Of a stretch of DNA of 64,000 nucleotides, positions 1-6,880 are shown piece after piece; positions within the stretch are counted from its first letter, which is position 1; each line of letters begins with the position of its first letter. The stretch comes from a virus. The position numbers were made by a program, and so were the translations under genes. The notes beneath the pieces are model-generated. The model saw only the letters and a list, made by a program, of their open reading frames with translations. It had not been told where the DNA came from and searched no databases. The stretch is from positions 9 through 64,008 of IMG/VR virus record IMGVR_UViG_3300017767_005578; one strand, given 5' to 3'.

Positions 1-125
1 TTTGTGAAAGTTCTTCAATAAAGTCTAAAAGAAGTATGTCTAGCATTACGTTTATTGGCATCAGTTGACTCCATGTAAGCTCTCCTTCTTCGTACCCCTC
101 TTCGACAGCTAAAGATCTTCCAATC

Positions 126-473
126 TTATATGTGTATTTTTCCATTACTAGCAGTTTTACCTCTCAATTTAATAAATTCAGATTTAATCTGTTTTATCTT
201 TTGGTAAAGCTTTTCATCCTTTTTTACAAGGTACTGCTCGCTTAGGTTTTTGTGTTCTTTTTCTAATTGTGCAATCTTCTCTCCTTTGGTTATTACACTG
301 TTGAGATAGTCCCTGACTGCTTTAATGGAGTCTATTGTTTCGATAGAGAACTGCTTAGAAGGAATGTGTAATCCTTTGATGTAATATTCACCTACCATAA
401 TAGTTATTTTGTCAAACTTATCATTGGTTGTGATAACCGCATTTCCTTCTTTATCTAAAATTAATGTTCTCAT
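126..473 (-). CDS. hypothetical protein (115 aa, coiled-coil C-terminus)
   Basis: ORF track; co-oriented with neighbours, plausible composition. Confidence 0.6.
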   Translation of the reverse strand: MRTLILDKEGNAVITTNDKFDKITIMVGEYYIKGLHIPSKQFSIETIDSIKAVRDYLNSVITKGEKIAQLEKEHKNLSEQYLVKKDEKLYQKIKQIKSEFIKLRGKTASNGKIHI

Positions 474-488
474 ATTTTTTATAAAAAT

Positions 489-551
489 TAACAGGTTGTA
501 AACGCAACCTCGTTCCTCGGTAGTCGCTCAAGCTCGTTTACAAGGGCGTTA
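489..551 (-). repeat. attC-like hairpin site A (63 bp)
   Basis: Minus strand reads TAAC-GCCC-TTGTAAACG...CGTTTACAA-CCT-GTTA; 50/63 identical to site at 6525-6587. Confidence 0.8.
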
Positions 552-560
552 GTGGTAATA

Positions 561-746
561 CTACTTACTACCAAAATATTTTTTAGGTATCATACATTTT
601 TCTATAAGTCTTTTATGAACTTCTTCTTGTGAAGGAATCAATTCAAGAAAGCTTTTTAAAGAATCAGACATACCTAAATCAATAGGTTTTATTTCCGTAC
701 TACCACTAACATTATTTAAATTCAATTTATCTTTCGCTTTGCTCAT
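561..746 (-). CDS. hypothetical protein (61 aa), fused across an attC-like junction
   Basis: ORF track; NV|SGS junction = AAT GTT AGT GGT AGT, complementary to ATTACCACTAAC after the stop. Confidence 0.6.
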   Translation of the reverse strand: MSKAKDKLNLNNVSGSTEIKPIDLGMSDSLKSFLELIPSQEEVHKRLIEKCMIPKKYFGSK

Positions 747-798
747 TCTAAACAGTATTTACATTTATCATTGTAATCACATTAAAACGTGTTACAAA

Positions 799-999
799 AA
801 CGTGTATAGGTAATTATTACCCTTGCTTTTCTGCGTTATCAAAGGCATTATCTATCCATTCTTGTATGGTTTGCCCTTGTGGTATAAATAATTGGTTGTT
901 TTTATAAAGTGCATACATAAGTATTTCAAATTGTTCTTTCTTCATAATTATATTTTTAAGTTATTAAATCGGGCAAAAACTACCCATACACAATGCGTT
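799..999 (-). repeat. long-loop attC-like site D
   Basis: AAC...TGTATGGGTAGTTTTTGCCC (990-971) pairs with GGGTAATAATTACCTATACA (822-803), then C-GTT; 3 G-T wobbles and 1 mismatch. Confidence 0.65.
817..945 (-). CDS. small hypothetical protein (42 aa, MKKEQFEILMYALYKNNQLFIPQGQTIQEWIDNAFDNAEKQG), absent from ORF track
   Basis: Translated by hand; A-rich leader; lies in the loop of site D. Confidence 0.55.
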   Translation of the reverse strand: MKKEQFEILMYALYKNNQLFIPQGQTIQEWIDNAFDNAEKQG

Positions 1000-1007
1000 G
1001 TACGCAA

Positions 1008-1226
1008 TTATTCGGGAAACCATTCAGTTATTGTTGTATCAACAAACTCTTGTCCACCAACTGCATTTATCATATCATTAGTATAAGCAACCGCTTCGTT
1101 GTACCTAATAAATACTTGGTCATCAGAAGTTGCATAAAAACTCAGAAGTTGTTGTCCAAGTTCTGTTTCAAAAATCTCATTAGCTTTTTCTTGTGTCATT
1201 GTCGTAAATTTAACTGCGTACAACAT
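1008..1226 (-). CDS. hypothetical cassette protein (likely start Met10, MTQEKAN)
   Basis: ORF track; flanked by GTTGTACGCA (997-1006) and TGCGTACAAC (1215-1224). Confidence 0.65.
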   Translation of the reverse strand: MLYAVKFTTMTQEKANEIFETELGQQLLSFYATSDDQVFIRYNEAVAYTNDMINAVGGQEFVDTTITEWFPE

Positions 1227-1308
1227 TGCATAAAGTTAATACGCTATGATGGTCAGTACTTTAATTTAAAAGTTTAGGTAAAGCGTACTAACCTTATACT
1301 TTACCGTT
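1222..1308 (-). repeat. long-loop attC-like site C
   Basis: AAC-GGTAAA-GTATAAGGTTAGTACGCT / AGCGTATTAACTTTATGC-AAT-GTT; 18-bp stem with 3 G-T wobbles, 36-nt loop. Confidence 0.75.
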
Positions 1309-1322
1309 AGTTAGCAATAACA

Positions 1323-1961
1323 CTAAGTCCATTGCTCTGCCATAGCTTTTGCAATTCCTGGATATGTCTTACTTCTTAATTTAGCCCTATCTTTTGTTGG
1401 GGGTAGTTTATTTTGTCCTGTGTCTGTTTGATTATCCCAATATTTTTTTCTTCCAAATATTCTAGGTTCAATATATTTTGTTCCATTAAGATTTGGAAGC
1501 CCTTTAAGCCACAAACACGTTCTTTTACTTGCGTTATCTCCAAATTCATAAGGCTGTATTGTTTGATTTGGTTTTTTAAACATTGTGCTTAATTTACCTA
1601 CTGGATTTTCTATTGCTATTTTTGGTATTCCTGAGTTCCATAGTTTTTTAACAAAATCAACAGCTTCTATCCTAGCTTTTTTTCTTTTTGTTCCAACAAG
1701 TGTTCCTTTTTTTACTTTTTGGTGATAAGGAGGTTCTTTGTAAGCCCATTCTGCACTACAAGTTAAATAAGTGCAATCAGGAAAAAATATTCCCATATCC
1801 CATTTTTTTAAATTTATTGCTTCAAAAACATCCATTTGTAAATGCCATTCAGGATGACCTCCGCTACAAGGAATTATGTCACAAGAAAAAGCCTCATGTC
1901 CTCGCTTTCTCAACTCTATTGTTACCGCTTGGCTCTCTTCGCAGCCTACTAATATTTTCAT
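1323..1961 (-). CDS. phage DNA cytosine methyltransferase-like protein (atypical)
   Basis: MKILVGCEESQ...SCDI..CSGGHPEWH N-terminus, FPDCTYL catalytic-like motif, IAIENPVG, KRTCLWLKGLP, RSKTYPGIAKAMAEQW typical of this phage family. Confidence 0.7.
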   Translation of the reverse strand: MKILVGCEESQAVTIELRKRGHEAFSCDIIPCSGGHPEWHLQMDVFEAINLKKWDMGIFFPDCTYLTCSAEWAYKEPPYHQKVKKGTLVGTKRKKARIEAVDFVKKLWNSGIPKIAIENPVGKLSTMFKKPNQTIQPYEFGDNASKRTCLWLKGLPNLNGTKYIEPRIFGRKKYWDNQTDTGQNKLPPTKDRAKLRSKTYPGIAKAMAEQWT

Positions 1962-1976
1962 AATTTAATTTACTAA

Positions 1977-2624
1977 TTAACAAGTCTGAACTCCAAAAAT
2001 ATCATCTTCATGGATAACCACATAATCTTCACCTTCTATCTTAAGATCAACAGCACCCAGAGGTTTAACAACAATCACATCACCTTTACTAACTTCATCA
2101 GCAATAAACCTTGAAGGAGCAACCACCTCTAATAAATCTTCTGTTTTTTTATTCTTAAGGTAGTCTGGAATTATTAAGGTTGTGGATTGGAATATGTTTT
2201 TATACTTCTTACAAATGGACCACTTGTGTATTGGGATTATCTCTCCGTCTACGATTTTACAATATGAGCTAGTAGCATACTTAGCAATCATATCTCTAAA
2301 GAACCGAAAGAAAAACTTACCGTCTTCTGTTCTTCTCTCAAAATTAACCACATGATGATGAAAGTAAACAACATCACCTTCATCTATTTCATCCAGAGTT
2401 ATTTGGTCTTTCTTAACTATACTACTAAGCCCTCTTGGTTTTCCTACTACCGTTCCTTTGTGAGGTATCAAAGAAGGATCTAAAGGAGCTGTGCCGTCTT
2501 CTTCCATTCTGGAGAATATTGTATCCATGTAAAGCTCTACTTCTTTTTCTCCTAATTTTATGGTTTTTTTCAAATGCTGTTTTAGGTCAATATCAACAAG
2601 CATAAAATCTTTTACGTATATCAT
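1977..2624 (-). CDS. co-chaperonin GroES-like protein with two tandem domains
   Basis: C-half IIPIH...LIIPD...EVVAPS...VSKGDVIV...LKIEGEDYVVIHEDDIFGV matches GroES; N-half GTVVGKP...IDEGDVVYFHHHV is also GroES-like. Confidence 0.7.
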   Translation of the reverse strand: MIYVKDFMLVDIDLKQHLKKTIKLGEKEVELYMDTIFSRMEEDGTAPLDPSLIPHKGTVVGKPRGLSSIVKKDQITLDEIDEGDVVYFHHHVVNFERRTEDGKFFFRFFRDMIAKYATSSYCKIVDGEIIPIHKWSICKKYKNIFQSTTLIIPDYLKNKKTEDLLEVVAPSRFIADEVSKGDVIVVKPLGAVDLKIEGEDYVVIHEDDIFGVQTC

Positions 2625-2824
2625 AGCTTCTCAAAAAAATAATCAAAAACTTCTTTAGTGTAAATCTCAAACTTACCGTCTGTATGTTTTACGACAAAAT
2701 CTGTCTTAAAAGGAAACATAAAGGTGTCTTTCTTTGTTCCAACGAAGTCTAGAATTTCTTTAGCATTTTTTCCGTTGTATTGCAATGCCTGAATTACTTC
2801 AGGTTTTTTTCTATAAAAATCCAT
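2621..2824 (-). CDS. conserved phage hypothetical protein (YRKKPEVIQALQY family)
   Basis: ORF track; N-terminal KKP.V.A.Q motif common in phages. Confidence 0.6.
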   Translation of the reverse strand: MDFYRKKPEVIQALQYNGKNAKEILDFVGTKKDTFMFPFKTDFVVKHTDGKFEIYTKEVFDYFFEKL

Positions 2825-2844
2825 GTTTTGTATAAAATTATTGT

Positions 2845-3102
2845 TTAATGTTCTTTATCGTACATGTCCTGCGCCCTTTCGTTTAGCTGCTCTAAAATAT
2901 CATCGTTATCTGTTAGTGACTCAAACATCTCAGTAACATCAACTGGTGGGCTTAAAGGTCTTAAACAGGTTAAAACTTTATTGTACCCTATCACACCACC
3001 TTCGTATGGAGGGGTGTAATAATCCCCAGGGCAGCCTTCTTCTATTTCCACATCTGTAAATGTGTACTCTATTCCTTTGAATGATAAATCTATATCCGTC
3101 AT
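2845..3102 (-). CDS. hypothetical acidic protein (GDYYTPP motif)
   Basis: ORF track. Confidence 0.55.
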   Translation of the reverse strand: MTDIDLSFKGIEYTFTDVEIEEGCPGDYYTPPYEGGVIGYNKVLTCLRPLSPPVDVTEMFESLTDNDDILEQLNERAQDMYDKEH

Positions 3103-3248
3103 TTTAATTTAATTTTCGTTATTGCTTTTTATTTTTTTATCTCTTTCGTTTAGCTTTTTTTGACACTCCACAGAGCAAACCGTAAAAATAGTGGTTATTT
3201 TACGGTTACATATTACGCAGTTACCAGGGAACAAACTTACTTGTAATT

Positions 3249-3944
3249 TCATATATGGTCTTTATAAAAATCCTTATCTCTAATGATTCTACTTACAATG
3301 TTGTAGCCTAATACTAGGTCGATTGATAACTTCCTCTTAGAGCGTGTCTGGTGCAACATAATAACCTTCCTAACCTTATCCAAATCCTTTTCAACAGGGA
3401 TAAGCTTTTTACCTCTTTTTTTAAATCCAAAAGGTGCTTTTCTGCTGTAGACTTCTAAGTTCTTTTTTTTGTTTTGAAGAATTGTAGACGTTCTCTCAGA
3501 GATAATACCTCTCTCCATTTCGTTAAGAGATAGCATTAATGATATGAAGAACTTTCCTGTTGCTGTATTGGTATCTATTGATTCACCATTTAAGTCTAGG
3601 ATTGACATTCCTATTCCTTCTTTATTAAGTGTGTCAATAAAAGTAAGACCGTCTATTACTTTTCTGGATATACGATCAAGCTTCCATGATACAACGTGGT
3701 TTATCTCTTTGTTGTCGATTCTTTCCTTAAGGATAGAACCTCCTGGTCTTTTGAATATTTTAGAACCTCCTGAGATGTCTTCGTCAATAATTATATCAAC
3801 TACCTCATAATCTTTTTCTTTGCAGAACAGGACACATTTATCCTTCTGCATCTCTAATGAGTTATCTTGTTTGTTTGTAGATACTCTAATGTAAATAATT
3901 GCTTGGGTTTTCATAATGACTAATTTAATTATTTGTAATGACAA
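3249..3944 (-). CDS. serine recombinase (resolvase/invertase catalytic domain plus short C-terminal extension)
   Basis: IYIRVSTNKQ (catalytic Ser), SLEMQ, DEDISGG, KLDRISR, E..IISERT, APFGF; likely start Met11. Confidence 0.9.
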   Translation of the reverse strand: MSLQIIKLVIMKTQAIIYIRVSTNKQDNSLEMQKDKCVLFCKEKDYEVVDIIIDEDISGGSKIFKRPGGSILKERIDNKEINHVVSWKLDRISRKVIDGLTFIDTLNKEGIGMSILDLNGESIDTNTATGKFFISLMLSLNEMERGIISERTSTILQNKKKNLEVYSRKAPFGFKKRGKKLIPVEKDLDKVRKVIMLHQTRSKRKLSIDLVLGYNIVSRIIRDKDFYKDHI

Positions 3945-4053
3945 AACATATTTAAAGTATGTTTTTTTTGAACAGGGTATAGAAGTAGTAGTTAGATTAA
4001 TTCATCTATTATTCGATTGGACAAAAATGGTACAAGTCTAGAACGAAGTGATA

Positions 4054-4845
4054 CTACGAACACTTAATCCCCAAACTAAACTTAGATAGATAAGAAGTAT
4101 ACATCATATCTAATTTAAAGAGAAACCTCGAATCGTAGTCATCACCTCCTTGGTAGAACTTTGAATCTGGAACGTATTGATGTTTTTCTACATCAACCTT
4201 TAAAAAAGTAATTAGATTATTTAACTTCTTATATATCTTCCCTTTTTTGTGAAAGATAGTGGGATCATCGTATGCTCTTCTCAAAGCAGCAGCCGTCCTC
4301 TCGTCGCCTTTATCAATCATTCCTGCCCTTTTCCTGTCAGAGATAACTTTTCTCCCAGCCAGAGCGTTTAATGACCTTGAAGCGTCAATAAGGGAGCAAC
4401 CCCAAATTTCTGCACATTTCTCTCTTGAGGCAGTTACCTCTAAGCTTCTAAAAAACTGCGAATGCTCTTGTAATTCTTCTGGAGAATTGAGTAACCAAGC
4501 TTTGAGACCTTTTATCCCAAAGCTTTTAAGGTACTTCGTTGACTTCTTGCTTGCTTTTCTTAATGCTTTTGTTTCTTGAGCAGAAATGTGTTCTCTTAGA
4601 GACTCAGCTCTAAGTAATTCTTTTATCGTATATATTTTACTTGATTGGTGTCTTTTTTTATTTGGTTTATTATCGTTATATCTGCAGTCTACTGACTTGC
4701 ATATTTTTTTCAGTGATCTAAGGTAGATGTTTGGACCTTTTATGTCTATCCATCCTAAACTTTGAAGAGCTTGTAGTCTTCTGTTGATAGTTTTAACAGA
4801 GAGTTGGGTATCCATTTCAAGGACAACCATTTCATAATCTTTCAC
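4054..4845 (-). CDS. winged-helix DNA-binding protein, possibly replication-related
   Basis: LSVKTINRRLQALQSLGWI and CAEIWGCSLIDASRSLNAL HTH-like segments; frame is open 51 codons further upstream. Confidence 0.45.
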   Translation of the reverse strand: MKDYEMVVLEMDTQLSVKTINRRLQALQSLGWIDIKGPNIYLRSLKKICKSVDCRYNDNKPNKKRHQSSKIYTIKELLRAESLREHISAQETKALRKASKKSTKYLKSFGIKGLKAWLLNSPEELQEHSQFFRSLEVTASREKCAEIWGCSLIDASRSLNALAGRKVISDRKRAGMIDKGDERTAAALRRAYDDPTIFHKKGKIYKKLNNLITFLKVDVEKHQYVPDSKFYQGGDDYDSRFLFKLDMMYTSYLSKFSLGIKCS

Positions 4846-5006
4846 ACAGCCGCTGTATTCTAGTGTTTTTAAATAGCAGTAGAACTCGAAATCTTTAACT
4901 TTTTTCTTGTTAAGAATAGCTTTTGCTAACCCAGGAACTAGGGTTATTTGCGTGAGTGATATATATTTATTACTTTTGATGAAGTTCTTTTTATTTATTC
5001 ACAAAG

Positions 5007-5035
5007 CAAATATAAGGATTGGAATCCAGATTCAA
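5007..5035 (-). promoter_or_regulatory. Bacteroidota sigma-A type promoter
   Basis: Minus strand TTG-18nt-TATATTTG matches the -33/-7 (TAnnTTTG) consensus. Confidence 0.5.
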
Positions 5036-5045
5036 GATATGATTT

Positions 5046-5915
5046 TCATTGATTGGTCTGGATTTTCTTTTTTCTGTTGCTTTCATTTTGTAATATAATG
5101 TCAAATATTATTCTTTCGTGTTTGTAGGCTACTTTTCTTAGTAGTTTAGAGTAGGGATATATGTCGAAATGGTCATTAATTTCTTCAAAAGTACACCCTT
5201 TTTCTATTTTTTTCTTAAAACTTTTTTTGTAGGTTTCTATTATTTTAGAAAGTCTAGTACGGTAGCCATTTCTTATAAATTTAGTATATTTTTTCTCTTC
5301 TAGCACAAAAAACTTTTTAACACTTCTATGGTCATTAAGTTGGAAGTATTTTTTATTAAGTTCGTTGTATGACATTATATTGTTGTTTATGTCGTATATG
5401 ATGTCTTTTTTATTTTGTTCAAATCTTTTTCGGGCTAAAGAATCTTTTTTTGCTTTTTCTTTAATGATTAGAAGATCATTTGAAACATCCTCGTTAAGGA
5501 TTTTACCTTTTAGTATCAGGAAGTGATTTGCTATATAATTTTTTTTACAGATTCTTCTATCAACTAGGTGTTGATTATCCTCAAACATTTTGGTGTAGTG
5601 ATAGAATGTGCATCTGGATTTGTCTGTTATTATTGAGAATGTTTCGTGAACATTTTTTGCTTTGTAGTCACCAAGAAGTTCGTGTATTAGGTATGTAAAC
5701 ACAGCCATTGGTCCAATATCTTCTGAGCTTCTGGATGGTGATACCAGGGTTTCTATTTCAAAGTATTCTTTAACTTTTTCAGCCAGTTCTATTATTTTAT
5801 TTCCTTGGTCTGTAAGTTTGTACTTTAGTTTTATAATGTTTTTGGCTTCTTCTAGGCTTTCACCACATTGGATTAGTAGAACTATTTCGTTTAGTTCTTT
5901 ATCGGTATATGTCAT
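5046..5915 (-). CDS. hypothetical protein with DnaA C-terminal-like HTH segment
   Basis: SPSRSSEDIGPMAVFTYLIHE...KSRCTFYHYTK resembles the DnaA domain IV pattern. Confidence 0.4.
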   Translation of the reverse strand: MTYTDKELNEIVLLIQCGESLEEAKNIIKLKYKLTDQGNKIIELAEKVKEYFEIETLVSPSRSSEDIGPMAVFTYLIHELLGDYKAKNVHETFSIITDKSRCTFYHYTKMFEDNQHLVDRRICKKNYIANHFLILKGKILNEDVSNDLLIIKEKAKKDSLARKRFEQNKKDIIYDINNNIMSYNELNKKYFQLNDHRSVKKFFVLEEKKYTKFIRNGYRTRLSKIIETYKKSFKKKIEKGCTFEEINDHFDIYPYSKLLRKVAYKHERIIFDIILQNESNRKKKIQTNQ

Positions 5916-5942
5916 ATTAATTTTAGTATAGGGTTTTTAGGG

Positions 5943-6185
5943 CTATCTTTTTTTTCCTTTGTGCAAACCATGTTTAGCGTGTTGCTTGCCTTGTTTTGTT
6001 GCTGCTCTTTTTTTTCTGTTTGCCGCTGCTAGTTTTTTTCTACCTGCGGCAGTAGATTTAAGCTTTGTGATTGTTTTTTTAGGAGCGTAAACTTCTCCTG
6101 TTTCAGAAGATTTTTTCCCTGAAGCTGTTGTCCATTTTTGTTTGGTCCACTTGTCTAGACTTTTCTGAGATTTAGCTTTAGCCAT
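5943..6185 (-). CDS. highly basic small phage protein
   Basis: SLDKWTKQKWTT..GKKS..TGEVY.PK family seen in aquatic phages; very Lys-rich. Confidence 0.7.
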   Translation of the reverse strand: MAKAKSQKSLDKWTKQKWTTASGKKSSETGEVYAPKKTITKLKSTAAGRKKLAAANRKKRAATKQGKQHAKHGLHKGKKR

Positions 6186-6189
6186 TTAA

Positions 6190-6378
6190 TTACTTTTTAG
6201 ATTTATAACCTCCTCCTGCTGCTTTATATTTCTTAGCAAGCATTTGGGCTTTTCTTGCAGACCACTGACCAGCGTTACCTCCTTTAGATCCTGCTTTTAT
6301 TTGATTAAAAAGCTTTTTCCTCATTGTTGGTTTTGTGTAGTTACCAGCTTTGTTGACTGTACTTTTCTTGGCTTTCAT
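6190..6378 (-). CDS. highly basic small phage protein (DUF5872-like)
   Basis: NYTKPTMRK...GGNAGQWSARKAQMLAKKYKAAGGGY motif. Confidence 0.7.
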   Translation of the reverse strand: MKAKKSTVNKAGNYTKPTMRKKLFNQIKAGSKGGNAGQWSARKAQMLAKKYKAAGGGYKSKK

Positions 6379-6486
6379 CTAATAGTATTTATTTGTTTTT
6401 TTTGGAGCAGGTTTTTTCTTACCTGTTGCTTTCTTTTTTGTTGTAATTTTCTTTACTAATTTTTTATTACCGCTTCCGTATTTCAT
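6379..6486 (-). CDS. 35-aa Lys-rich peptide MKYGSGNKKLVKKITTKKKATGKKKPAPKKTNKYY, absent from ORF track
   Basis: Translated by hand; its TAG abuts the ATG of the next gene; TATATTGA element upstream. Confidence 0.65.
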   Translation of the reverse strand: MKYGSGNKKLVKKITTKKKATGKKKPAPKKTNKYY

Positions 6487-6524
6487 TTTAATAATTTTTT
6501 TTCAATATACGAAAAAATAGTTAT

Positions 6525-6587
6525 TAACAAGTTGTAATTGCAAGCTCGTACCTCGCCAGTCGCACAAGCTCAATTACAAGTATGTTA
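6525..6587 (-). repeat. attC-like hairpin site B (63 bp)
   Basis: TAAC-ATAC-TTGTAATTG...CAATTACAA-CTT-GTTA; compensatory changes relative to site A. Confidence 0.8.
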
Positions 6588-6594
6588 GCAAACA

Positions 6595-6810
6595 TTACTT
6601 ACTTGCTTCATATCTTTCATTCCAACAAGGGAAACACAACCCATCATTTAAGTCTTGTACTTTATTTCCACACTTACACGTAAGCAACGATTTGCTAACA
6701 TTAGCTATACGTAATTGCTCTTCGTAAGCATCTATAATTCTTTGTGCTTCTAAATATTGTTCTTCTGTTATCATAAGTTTAGTTTTTAATACGCAACTAC
6801 GCATAGCCAC
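6595..6810 (-). CDS. small Cys-containing hypothetical protein (likely start MITEEQ), fused across an attC-like junction
   Basis: CKC...CFPC in C-terminal part; IANV|SKS junction. Confidence 0.55.
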   Translation of the reverse strand: MAMRSCVLKTKLMITEEQYLEAQRIIDAYEEQLRIANVSKSLLTCKCGNKVQDLNDGLCFPCWNERYEASK

Positions 6811-6818
6811 GTCCGTTA
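6697..6818 (-). repeat. long-loop attC-like site
   Basis: TAAC-GGACGTG-GCTATGCGTAGTTGC / GCAATTACGTATAGC-TAAT-GTT; 15-bp stem with 2 G-T wobbles, 74-nt loop. Confidence 0.75.
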
Positions 6819-6880
6819 TCTAGATCTTAATGCTAAACAAGCGATTAAGAATTTTAATATTAAGAATCCTATAAAGTAAA

